A stretch of DNA of 64,000 nucleotides from Malacoraja senta. Its lineage: Eukaryota. The stretch covers positions 21,454,001-21,518,000 of the forward strand of contig CM075989.1 in NCBI GenBank assembly GCA_038087875.1, in the 5' to 3' direction. Positions 1 through 11,030 of the stretch are shown here, in pieces (the first letter of the stretch is position 1; each line of letters opens with the position of its first letter). The position numbers and the translations under genes are program-made. The notes under the pieces were generated by a model. The model saw only the letters and a program-made list of their open reading frames with translations. It had not been told where the DNA came from and did no database searches.

Positions 1-106
1 GGTCAAATATATTCTCCCTCTCTATTAAATCAATAATTATAATTAGACACACAAGGAACTGCAGATGCTGCAATCTTGAGGAAAACACACCAGTCTGAAG
101 AAGGGT

Positions 107-210
107 ATCCATTCACCTATCCATTCACCGATCTATTCACCTATCCATTCACCTATCCATTCACCTATCCATTCACCGATCCATTCACCTATCCATTCAC
201 CGATCCATTC
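107..210 (+). repeat. 12-bp tandem repeat (ATCCATTCACCT/CCGAT variants) expanded inside a PLE tail
   Basis: About 8 units visible; source of the FTYP/FTDP repeats in ORF 76..390; lies directly after CAGTCTGAAGAAGGG. Confidence 0.9.
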
Positions 211-366
211 CCTCCACGGATGCCGCCTGACCCGCTGTGTTCCTCCAGCACTTTGTGTTTGTTTATAATTATAATTGTCATGTTCAAAACTAGTTTTAAG
301 ATATCACCCACAAATCTACGTATTAAAATATCGACCGTTCTTGCCTCCAGTGCCTTTAAGGTGGGG

Positions 367-625
367 ATAGGCACAAAAACGCTGGAGTAACTCAGCGGGA
401 CAGGCAGCATCTCTGGAGAGAAGGAATGGGTGACGTTTCGGGTCGAGACCCTTCTTCAGATCTGTACTTCCTCCAGCATTTTGTGTCTTCTTCAGTCTGA
501 AGAGGGGTCTCGACCCGAAAGGTCACCCATTCCTTCTCTCCAGAGATGCTGCCTGTCCTGTTGAGTTACTCCAGCATTTTGTCTCTATCTTCGATTTAAA
601 CCAGCATCTGCAGTTCCTTCCTACA
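367..625. mobile_element. Penelope-like 3'-end unit as an inverted pair, with two hammerhead-like cores
   Basis: Core on - strand 432-459, core on + strand 497-524; 14-bp TSD CCTTTAAGGTGGGG at 353-366 and 626-639. Confidence 0.85.
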
Positions 626-689
626 CCTTTAAGGTGGGGTGCACCTGATATTGTCCGCACTGATGCTGGTGTTTATGATTGTGTACTTA

Positions 690-960
690 CAAACCAGAGA
701 GCAGTACCTCTATCTACCATCTTCCTCTACCTCTAGAAGATATACTATCTACCTCTTTGGTGACCCTCGGACTATCCTTGATTGCACTTTGCTGGCGTTA
801 CCTTGCGCTAAACGTTATTCCCCGATATGTATCCGCACACTGTAAATGGACCGATTGTGATCATGTATTGTCTTTCCGCTGACTGGTTAGCACGCAACAG
901 AAAGCTCTTCACTGTACCTCGATACACGTGACAATAAACTGAAGTGAAACTAAACTGAAA
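690..960 (+). mobile_element. Rex1/Babar-type LINE 3' UTR fragment
   Basis: Ends CACTGTACCTCGATACACGTGACAATAAAC plus a short-repeat tail; the same sequence recurs at 5305-5795 (interrupted) and 36620-36660. Confidence 0.6.
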
Positions 961-1053
961 TGCATGTCGTAATTGCCTACTGAGTAATCTACTTCTCAAA
1001 GCCTCCTTCCCAAGGCAACATATTTGGTAACAGGGGTAATGATCCACACCTTC

Positions 1054-1256
1054 CGAGGTATAAAAAATGCTGGAGAAACTCAGCGGGTGAGGCGGCATCT
1101 AGGGAGCGAAGGACTAGGTGACGTTTCGGGTCGAGACCCTTCTTCAGAAACGTCACCTATTCCTTCGCTCCATAGATGCTGCCTCACCCGCTGAGTTTCT
1201 CCAGCATTTCTGACTACCTTCGATTATTCCAACGTCTGCGGTTCTTTCTTAAACAC
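1054..1256. mobile_element. Palindromic PLE 3'-end unit with consensus hammerhead-like core (1120-1147, - strand)
   Basis: Mirror-image arms; 12-bp TSD ATCCACACCTTC at 1042-1053 and 1257-1268. Confidence 0.85.
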
Positions 1257-2856
1257 ATCCACACCTTCTGGTTCAGCTGGAATTGGCAGTATACATATTT
1301 AAAACATAACTTTACAGAGGGCTCTTTTAAAAAAAAAAGTGGATATTATGCAAATTATTCAAATTGGCCCGCTAACAAAGCATGCCTGTGTTGTTTTAGT
1401 TGTAATGCTTATGTGATCTGTGTAGACAGCCGTGAAGCAAATGAAGAAGGAACTAACAGCGTCAGAAAAGGGATCAGACTGTTCCAGCTGACACTAACCT
1501 AATCTTCTAGGACCCATTAAAATGCCGTTTGAAAGCATTACCTACAATAACATCCTTGAATATCACTGGTTTTATTTGCAGTATCAAGCATTTCATTTCA
1601 TGCTCCATTAATGACGAGATCAGAGTTTGAAAGCAGCTAAACATCTCAACAAGTACCTGGACTAAATAGACAATTAACTTCTGAGACAAAACGGCCAATT
1701 AACTGCAAAGGTAAGGCTGTCGTCCTCCACTCAAATTAAATTTCTTTGCTAACGGCAGCTCATCTCAGCCCAACCATTAAGGGTATTTAGACAACCGCAA
1801 GTGTGTGCTGAGCAGAATTAGAAGAAAATAGAATTAAAAGGAAAAAAGGCGGACTGAAATTCCCCAATGCACGCTTTTCTGGAATCTTTTCCTTTAGTCT
1901 GCAGGTTTAGTGTTGTGCGGAAGGCAAAATAAAGACTTTAATCCATATACAGTGCGTGGAGCCCTTGACGTTATTCAAATTAATGAACTGTTTGAAAATA
2001 AATGGAGATAAGAAATATCACTGGGGTTTCTTAACAATGTACATGTCCCAAGAAATACAATTTAAAAAAAAGTACAGCTCTGTAAACAAAGGAATGGTGT
2101 GTTAAAGATTTTGTATATCGCCCCCTGCTCCAACTGAATGCCAAATAAATGCGTGATTCCCACAACCCAACCCCTTAGTTGAAATATTGCAAATAGTTCT
2201 CCCTTCACTGTGAAGCTGAGTTAAAACAAATAACGGCAGGAAATGCTAACAAGAACCATGTTATGTCAATATTGGTTGAAACTTTTGTCCCTGTAAATGG
2301 GATAGCCACCCAGATTGCTGGCTTTTTTTTTCTAGTTTGTAGGGTAGATGGAGTTCCCCCATTTACAATCTTCGCAAAATTGTTCTCAGGAAATTGTTCA
2401 GAAAGTGGGAAAAAAAAGTGGAGATAATGTTGGGTTGGGTTAAATTAAATATTCACCCATTCATCCAATATTTTTTTAATGTCTAAAGAAGGGTCCCGAC
2501 CAGAAACGTTACCCATCCTTTATCTCCAGAGATGCTGCCTGACCCGCTGAGTTACTCCAGCACTTTGTGTCTATCTTCGGTAGAAACCAGCGCCTGCAGT
2601 TCCTTTCTGCACATTATTTTATTGAGACCTGGGGAATCATGGGTTGGCGTTAGAGATACAGCATGGAAACAGGCCCTTCGGCCCATCGAGTTCATGCCGC
2701 ACATCGATCATCTGTTCACGTTAGTTCGATGTTGTCCCACTTTCTCTAGGTGGCACAGTCCTCACGACATGTCCTATCTATGTGGAGTTTGCACGTCCTC
2801 TACAGATTAGTTTATTGTCATGTGTACCAAGGTACAGTGAAAACCATTCTCCCACC

Positions 2857-3150
2857 ATGGCAGCATGGTGGCGTACTGATGAAGTCGCTGCCAGGGACCC
2901 AGGTTCGATCCTGACTACGGGTGCTGCCTGGTACAGAGCTTATACATTCTCCCTGTGACCGCGTGGGTTTTCTCCGGGTGCTCCGGTTTCCTCCCACACT
3001 CCCAAAACCTGTAGGTTTGTAGGTTAATTGGCCTCTGTAAAATTGCCCCTAGCGTGTAGGATAGAACTGGTGTACGGGTGATTGCTTATCGGCTCTGATA
3101 TGATGAGCCAAAGGGCCTGTTTCCACGCTGTATCTCCAACCTAAACTAAA
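2857..3150 (+). mobile_element. tRNA-derived V-SINE (HE1/SacSINE-like)
   Basis: B-box GGTTCGATCC, central GGGTTTTCTCCGGGTGCTCCGGTTTCCTCCCACA block, GGGCCTGTTTCC tail ending in (CTAAA)n. Confidence 0.85.
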
Positions 3151-3559
3151 CATCTCACTCAAAGAAGTGGGGGTGGGAGTGTGGGGGGGGGGGGGGGGGT
3201 TGAAGAGTTGGAGGCAAGAAAGGATCAAGACTAATTTCTCGCCTCCAGCCCTTCGTCCCACCCCCCTGCTGTCAGTCTGAAGAAGGGTCCAGACCTAAAA
3301 CATCATTTAGCCTATTTCTCCAAAGATGCTGCCTTGCGGGTCAGGCAACATCTTTGGAGAAAAGGAAAATGATGTTTTACAGAAGCCAATTACTCCAGCA
3401 GTTTGTATCCATCTTTCACATGTCTGGGGTACACAGAAATGCTGGAGAAACTCAGCGGGTGCAGAGCATCTATGGAGCGAAGGAGATAGGCAACGTTTCG
3501 GGCCAAAACCCTTCTTCAGACTGTGAAAATCCTTTCACATGTCTGGCTTTGTCCTGCCG

Positions 3560-3755
3560 CCCTCCCCCCCCTCCCCCCGCCCTCCACACCTCCTTCCCCT
3601 ACCCCTCTCCACCCCTCCACCCCCTCCCCCCCTCTCTTCCACCTTTCTCTCCCCCCCCCCTCCACCCCTCCTTCCCCTCCCCCCTCCCCTCTCCACCCCT
3701 CCACCCCCTCCCCCCCTCCCCACCTCTCTTCTACCTTTCTCTCCCCCCTCCCCCT
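3560..3755. repeat. C/T-rich low-complexity tract
   Basis: Near-pure pyrimidine repeats; source of spurious Pro/Gly-rich ORFs. Confidence 0.9.
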
Positions 3756-4525
3756 ACAATCACCCTGAAGCAGGATCCTGATCTGAAACCTTTCCTCCAG
3801 ACATCGAGACACAAGGAACTGCAGATGCTGGTTTACAAAAAAAAAAGACACAACGTTCTGGAGTAACTGAGCGGTTGAGACGGCATCTTTAAAGAACATG
3901 GATAGGCAACATGTTGGGTTGGGACATCCCTTCAGCCCATCCATGTTCTCCATAGATGCCGCCTGGCCTGCTGGGTTCCTCCAGCACTTTGATCTTTGCT
4001 GCAGATCCAAGCATCTGCAGTTCCTTGTGTCCACCTTTTACACGAGCCTCCCTATTTTATGGCTGCACTCGAGTTCTGGCGTTCAGAGTTTCTTGCACAC
4101 GAACCTCCAGCGCCTTCTCTGCTGCAGCTTTTGCCAAGTTTTCTCTCTTTAAATACAACTCTGTTCTTTTGTTCTCCCTTCCAAGATGAACAACTTCACG
4201 GTTTCCCACATTCCACTCCAGTTTCCAACTTTATTTTGCCAGCTCACCTAACCTGCCAATCTCTCTCTCTGTAAACCAGTTGTATCCTCCTCTTGGCTTG
4301 CCTTCCTACTTAATTCTGTGTCATCTTCAAACTTGGACTGCCGTACATTCATTTCCTTTCCTCCTCCACATCAGTGCCTCTTATAAACAGTTGCGATCCC
4401 AGCTTTGATCCTTGTGGCAACCCACTACTCACAAGTTGCCAACTTGAAAATGACCTCTTCATCCATATTCACTGCTTCCTGTTTGTTAGTCAATCCTGAT
4501 AGTTTGGTTCAGTTTATTTTAGTTT

Positions 4526-4865
4526 ACTCCCTCAACATCAGGAATATTTTTTCTGCATCCAGCCTGCCTCTAAGAGCTATCTCTCTTGAATACATCCAGT
4601 GAATTGGCCTCCACTGCCTTCTGCGACAGAGAATTCCACAGATTCACAACTCTCTGGGTAAAAAGGTTTTTCCTCATCTCAGTCCTAAATGGCCCACCCC
4701 TTATTCTTAAACTGTGACCCCTGGTTCTGGACTCCCCCAACATCAGGAATATTTTTCCTGCATCCAGCCTGTCCAATCCGTTCAGAATTTTATATGTTTC
4801 TGCAAGATACCCCCTCATCCTTCTGGATTCCCGTGAATACAAGCCCAGTCGACCCATTCTTGAAA
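4526..4865 (-). mobile_element. CR1 LINE ORF2 C-terminal fragment
   Basis: ORF 4570..4908 contains ESRTRGHSLRI...FTQRVVNLWNSL, the typical CR1 C-terminus. Confidence 0.9.
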
Positions 4866-5500
4866 TATTCCCACTGTGTTTTGGTGAGGAGTTGCAAGAT
4901 TCCAACACAATGGTGACAAAGGAAGATGGTGTGAAAACTTGGAAACTCCCATTTAACTGTCCAATCTGTAACCATTGATAAGAACATGAGAACTAGAATT
5001 TGGAGGCAGCCTGGAACCTGCTCCACTGTTCTGTTGGCCATGACTGATCTTTTACCTCAATGCCACTTTAGATTTTAGACTTTAGAGATACAGCGCGGAA
5101 ACAACCCCTTTGGCCCACTGAGTCCGCGCCGACCAGCGATCCCTGTACACTAGCACTAACCTACACACTAGGGACAACATACAATGTTACCAAAGCCAAT
5201 GAACCTACACACCTGTATGTTTGTGGAGTGTACACCAGGGGCAATATACAGACGCCAATCAATCTCGTACATCTTTGAGTTGCTGGACAAAACACGGAGG
5301 AAACTGAACCATCGTACCACAACTAGAGAGCAGTCGTGATCTACTGTCTACCTCATTAGAGACCCTCGGACTGTCTTTGATCGGACTTTACTGGCTTTAC
5401 CTTGCACTAAACATTAATCCATCATCATGTATCCATACACTGTAAATGGCTCGATTTCAATCATGTGTTCTCTTTCCGCTGACTGGTTATGGACAATAGA

Positions 5501-5628
5501 CTGAAGAAGGGTTTCGGCCCGAAACGTTGCCTATTTGCTTCGCTCCATAGATACTGCCGCACCCGCTGAGTTTCTCCAGCAATTTTGTCTACCTTCGATT
5601 TTCCAGCATCTGCAGTTCCTTCTTGAAC
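5501..5628 (+). mobile_element. Minimal 128-bp PLE unit: hammerhead-like core plus tail
   Basis: Starts at CTGAAGAAGGGTTTCGGCCCGAAACGTT; 12-bp TSD ATGGACAATAGA at 5489-5500 and 5629-5640. Confidence 0.85.
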
Positions 5629-6724
5629 ATGGACAATAGACAATAGGTGCAGGAGTAGGCCATTCTGCCCCTCGAGCCAGCACCGCCATTCAATGTGATC
5701 GTGGCTGATCATCCACCATCAGTACCCCTTCATCCACAACTAGCACGTGACAAATGCTTTTTACTGTACGTGTGACGATCAACTAAACTAATTAATTAAC
5801 TAAGCCCGCGTGGTCGCAGGCAGAACATGCAAACTCCACACAGAGAGCACCCAAGGTCAGGATTGAACCTGGGTCTCTGGCGCTGTGAGGCAGCAACCGC
5901 ATCGATCGCATTCTTGAGAAGATGTTTGATTGATGATCGGAGAGGAGTTTTGCAGTAACTCGAAACCACTCCACGGAGAGTCTTTGGCGATCCCACAGCT
6001 TCACGATGAAAGCTGACCTTTGTAAATACCGTGATTGATAGAAAAAAGTGAAAAAGCAACAAGTTTAAATATCAAGTGTACAGCTGGCTTTAGAAGTGCT
6101 GCCTTTTTTAAACTGATTTAAAGAGTGTCAAAGGCTAATCTAAAGAACTCTCTGCAATTTCTGTATCCTTAAGTAACACAACAGATAATACATTCCATTC
6201 GTTGTCAGTCAGTCAAGCATCCTCAGGTTTATGATGGATTAAATGAAAAGTAAAAGCTTTTTTTAAATTATAACAATAGAATGACCATAAATCTTATAAA
6301 ATGTGCCTGCCATCGTGTCAGTTTAGTCTTTCTCTTCCCGTCCTAATTCAGGTTTTTTTAGGGGCTTTCAGCAAAGCAACCAATATCGTGAACATTTGCC
6401 AAAGAGTTTTGCTGGTTGGAATTAGAACCTAACTTGAGACTGTTCAAGTTCACTTCACTGTTAACTGCAGAGTCATCAGCTCATCAGAGTGCATGGGATT
6501 CGTAGACAAGTCTTGGAACTGAATGTGTAGGAAGGAAATGCAGATGCTGGTTGACACCAAAGATAGGAAACATCTCTGGAGAGAAGGAGTGGGTGACGTT
6601 TTTGGGACCCGAAACATCGCCCATTCCTTTTCTCCAGAGATGCTGCCTATCCTGCTGAGTTACTCCAGCACTTTGAATCTATCTTAGAACTAAATGATTC
6701 CGGGAATGATAAAATAGAAAAATG

Positions 6725-7140
6725 GAGTTGTCGTAGCGGTAGAGTTGCTGCCTTGCAGCGCCAGAGACCCAGGTTCGATCCCGACTACGGGTGCTGTCTG
6801 TACAGAGTTTGTACATTCTCCCAGTGATCGGCGTGGGCTTTCCAGGAGATCTTCGGTTTCCTCCCACACTCCAGAGACCTACAGGCTAGTAAGCGTAAGT
6901 GTAAAAAATAAATTTGTCCCGAGTGTGTGGCAGGAACGGGGTACTGATTGGGGATGATCAGCCATGATCACATTGAATGGCGGTGCTGGCTCGAAGGGCC
7001 GAATGGCCTGCTCCTGCACCTATTGTCTATTGTCTATTGTGTGTGTAGGATAGTGTTAATGTGCGGGGATCGCTGGTTGGTGCGGACTCGATGGGCCGAA
7101 TGGCCTGTTTCCGCGCTGTATCTATCTCTAAACTAAACCT
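6725..7140 (+). mobile_element. V-SINE interrupted by a CR1 3'-end fragment (about 6930-7040)
   Basis: SINE body stops at GAGTGTGT; CR1 3' UTR with (CTATTGT)n tail follows; SINE resumes GTGTGTAGGATAGTG. Confidence 0.85.
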
Positions 7141-7709
7141 GAGGTGGACATGGAGCTTCTTGGACAATTTATTTGGAAATCTAAGGGCGCAGCCATAGAG
7201 TTGGTGCCTTACAGTGCTGGAGACCAGGGTTCGATCCTGACTACGGGTGCTGCCTGCACGAAGTTTCTACATTCATCTATTCATACTAATTCTATGTTCT
7301 CCCATTTTTGTATTCAGTCTCTACACATAGAGTTAATTTGTTTAGTAGAGTAGAGTGTTAATTTGTTCATGATATATGTATTTTTACTTCTATTTATTTT
7401 TTACTGCACACTGAAATGGACACTGGTTGAGGAACGTATTTTTGTTTCCTCTGGGTATGCGAATACTCAGGAAATGACAATAAAGATATACAATAATATA
7501 CAATACAATACAATACAATTAGCGCAATTTTTTGTAGAGGCCAATTAACCCACAAACCTGCATGTCTTTGGGATGTGGGAGGAAATCGGAGCACCCAGAG
7601 GAAACCCACGTGGTCACGGGGAGAACGTACAAACTATGTACAGATAGCACCCGTAGTCAGGTTCGCCCCCGGTGCTGTGAGACAGTAACTCCACCTAATG
7701 TAGTACTAA

Positions 7710-7955
7710 AGTCAAAGGCAAAAGTCAAAGTCAATTTTATTCGTCACATGCTCCCGAAGGTGCAGTGAAATGAATTTGCCAGCAGCGATACACTTAAAAA
7801 CAACACACAACGCACAATAAGATTGAACACAAACATCCACCACAACATTCTTCACTGTGCAACAAAGTTCAGTCAGTCCTCCACCTTTGTTCACCTGTGG
7901 TCGGGGCCATGAACCCTCCGTAGTCGCCACTACGGACGGCCCGATGTACAGGCCC
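7710..7955 (-). mobile_element. Short non-autonomous retroelement with Rex1-like TGAC(G)AATAAA tail
   Basis: Shares AACATCCACCACA...TCACTGTG with copies at 36085-36365, 47740-47971 and (degenerate) 57911-58080. Confidence 0.6.
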
Positions 7956-8268
7956 TATAACAACATTTATAAGACATTTGGAGAGATACATTTGGAGAGG
8001 AATATGGGCTAAACGTGGGCAGGTGGGACGGGCCTAGATGGGGTATTTTCGTCAGCATGGTGACAAAATCTGAGAGGATAAATAAAAGAGAGTTGTAAGT
8101 GTGATAAAAGGGCCATTGCAGTTGCAGGACATTTCCCAGCACTTACCGTCTCTGCATTAATTGTTTTAGTATAACGTCTTGTGTTAGCCCAAAGGACATC
8201 ATTCCGATTCATTCACAGGTTGTTTTGTATTTCCGTTCTAAAGTTTAATGCAAACATGCAAATTAAGT

Positions 8269-8554
8269 TTACACCCCAGCGGTATGAACATTGACTTATC
8301 TAACTTCAAGTAGCCCTTGCCTTCCCTCTCTCTCCATCCCCTCCACCTTCCCAGTTCTCCCACCAGTCTGATTGCCTCCGACTACATTCTATCTCTGTCC
8401 TGCCCACCCACTCCCCTGATATCAGTCTGAAGAAGGGTCTTGACCCGAAACGTCACCCATTCCTTCGCTCCAGAAATGCTGCCTGTCCCGCTGAGCTACT
8501 CCAGCAGTTTGTGTCTATCTTCGATCTAAACCAGCATCTGCAGTTTTTTCCTAC
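8269..8554 (+). mobile_element. PLE 3' fragment: end of GIY-YIG ORF, 3' UTR, hammerhead-like core (8427-8454) and tail
   Basis: Encodes LHPSGMNIDLSNFK-stop; 15-bp TSD ACATGCAAATTAAGT at 8254-8268 and 8555-8569. Confidence 0.9.
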
Positions 8555-8599
8555 ACATGCAAATTAAGTCACAAGCTTGCTTGTAAGCTACGGGCTGAG

Positions 8600-9132
8600 A
8601 GAAATGCCTTTGGAGCCACACTTGGAGAACTATTTTCAGGTGTGGTCACCCTGCTATGAACAGTATGTCTTTAAGCTGGGAAGATTTACGAGGATGTTGC
8701 CGGGACTCGAGGGCCTGAGCGAGAGGGAGAGATTCAACGGGCTAAGACTTTATTCCTTGGAGCGCATGAGGCTCAGGGGTGACCTGATGGAGGTGCATAA
8801 AATCATGAGGGGAATGGATACGGTGAGTCTTTTACCCAGAGTAGGGGAATCAAGAACTAGAGGACATTGGATAAGGTGAGAGGGGAAAGATTTAATAGGA
8901 ACCTGAGCGGCAACTTTTTCACATAGAAGGTGATGGGTATATTATTAAACGAGCTGCCAGAGGAGGTTGTTGAGACAGATATTGTAACAACATTTAAAAG
9001 TCATTCGGACAGATACATGGATATGAAAGACTTAGAGGGATATGGGTCAAACGCAACCAAATGGGACTGATGCAAATTGGGTCAGCATGGTCATGTTGGG
9101 CTGAAAGGCCTTTTTCCGAGCTGTATGACTCT
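8600..9132 (+). mobile_element. Degenerate CR1/HER1 LINE 3' fragment
   Basis: ORF 8577..8879 PHLENYFQVWSP...RLRGDLMEVHKIM...SRTRGH; tail GGGCTGAAAGGCC...CTGTATGACTCT. Confidence 0.85.
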
Positions 9133-9461
9133 GTGAGACCCTTGGGCTGCAGAAGGGTCTCGATCCGAAACATCACCTATCCACGTTCTCCTGGGATGCT
9201 GCCTGACCCGCTGAGTCACTCCAGCACGTTGTATCATTGGGCTCAGACATTGGGCATGATATACTTTAAAAGGTAGAGTACATGTGCCGCTTAAAACAAT
9301 TTCAGCAGTCGACTGCCAATTCACCTTCATGCTGAGTGGTGTCAATGGCCATAAGTGACACGGTTATTGATTTTTGGCATCGGGCAGCTTTAACAGCGGT
9401 CAGAGTAATAACTGCGAATACAAGTGTAACAGTGTGGAAACAAGAGAAATACACACAACAA

Positions 9462-9750
9462 GGCAGCACAGTGGCACAGCGGTAGAGTTGCTGCCGCCTT
9501 GCAATGCCAGAGACCCGGGTTTGATCCTGACTCGGGATTGTTGCCCGTACGGAGTTTGTCCCCACGACCTTTCTCCGGGTGCTCCGGTTTCCTCCCACAC
9601 TCCAAAGACGTGTAGGTTAATTGACTTCGGTAAAATTGTAAATTGTCCCCAGCGTGTGGGAGAGTGTTAGTGTACGGGGTGATCGCTGGTCGGCACGGAC
9701 TAGGTGGGCCGAAGGGCCTGTTTCCGCGCTGTATGTCTAAGGACTAAAGA
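9462..9750 (+). mobile_element. Full-length V-SINE
   Basis: A-box TGGCACAGCGG, B-box-like GGTTTGATCC, central block, TGGGCCGAAGGGCCTGTTTCC tail. Confidence 0.9.
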
Positions 9751-10544
9751 CCGCATTTGGATTCTTGGTGCTAAGTTTTCAGTCAGCACCACAGGTCCAA
9801 GCCGACATCATCTAGTTTATCCCTTGACTTTCATTTTTATCTAAATGATGATAGCATTGTGTATCCAAGCCTCAAAGGTGATAGAGACGAGCTTTCACCT
9901 GGCTATGAGCCATTATCTACATTAGAATTCTTCTCTGTTTGTTCCAGACGTCATTTTCTTAATCTTAACAAAATCTATTGTAAGAGATAATGGAATGAAA
10001 TTCATTCAATTCACTCCTACATCCTGATCCCTTAGCCAAACGGATCAGTGATTCAATAGACATCCACAAGAATCACCGCTCCATGCAGTAATTTTATTCT
10101 GTTGCTTGAAATTGTCACTACCCTTCACAACACTTAATTAATTAAAAGAAATCTCCTCTAGTTTGAGTGATGAAGAATTCTGCAGTGGTTACTATGAACT
10201 TGACCTGTGATGCAGTTACAGACAGCAGCTCCTCTTTGCAGAGGGATGATGTGACTACTGCTGTGGCTGACACAATATGGGTGACAGTTTTAAATTGACC
10301 TCTTAGGGAGCTGCAGTGTGACCTCTAGAAAGATTGGCCACTTGACAGGATGATTCCTGCTCCTCGCTTGGCTCTTCAGGCATCATAATCTACCTCGCAT
10401 CCCTTTCTGCCGTTATGAATGTCAGTATAGCTCTAATAAGGGGGAGCAGTTTGAATAAAACATAGCGACGATGACTCATACACACCCCCCCACCCTTTCT
10501 CCCCTTACACAGACACTGCACAACACAAGTCTTTTTTAGTTTAG

Positions 10545-10749
10545 GAAGGAAACTGCAGGTGCAGGTTTAAACCGAAGAGAGACACCAAAAAGCTGGAGTA
10601 ACTCAGCGGGACAGGCAGCATCTCTGGAGAGAAGGAATGGGTGACGTTTCGGGTCGAGAAGAAGGGTCTCCACCTGAAACGTCACCCGTTCCTTCTCTCC
10701 AGAGATGCTGCCTGTCCCGCTGAGTTACTCCAGCTGTTTGTGTCTATCT
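10545..10749. mobile_element. Palindromic PLE 3'-end unit inserted at a SINE tail
   Basis: Inverted arms; 15-bp TSD TCTTTTTTAGTTTAG at 10530-10544 and 10750-10764. Confidence 0.85.
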
Positions 10750-10754
10750 TCTTT

Positions 10755-11030
10755 TTTAGTTTAGTTTAGTTTGGAGATGCAGCGTGGAGACAGGCCCTTT
10801 GGCCCACCGAGTCTGTGCCGAACAGCGATCCCTGCACACTAACGCTATCCGACACATACTAGGGACAATTTTTTTTTTTTCATTTACACCAAGCCAATTA
10901 ACCTACAAACCGGCACGTCTTTGGAGTGTGGGAGGAAACCGGAGCACCCAGAGAAAACCCATGCAGGTCACGGGGAGAATGTACAAACTCTGTACAGGCA
11001 GCACCCGTAGTCAGGATCGAACCCAGATCT
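10755..11030 (-). mobile_element. V-SINE, 5'-truncated
   Basis: Reverse complement of the SINE consensus with (TTTAG)n tail. Confidence 0.85.

Noticed and set aside
1600..1716. Protein-coding exon ending at AAG|GTAAGG
   Set aside because: The frames I checked hit stops shortly upstream and there is no good acceptor
3354..4034. Pro-rich and Gly-rich ORFs (also 58358-59698)
   Set aside because: Arise from C/T low-complexity tracts and repeat fragments
9462..9540. tRNA genes at SINE heads
   Set aside because: A/B boxes run into the SINE body and LINE-like tail; no complete cloverleaf or terminator
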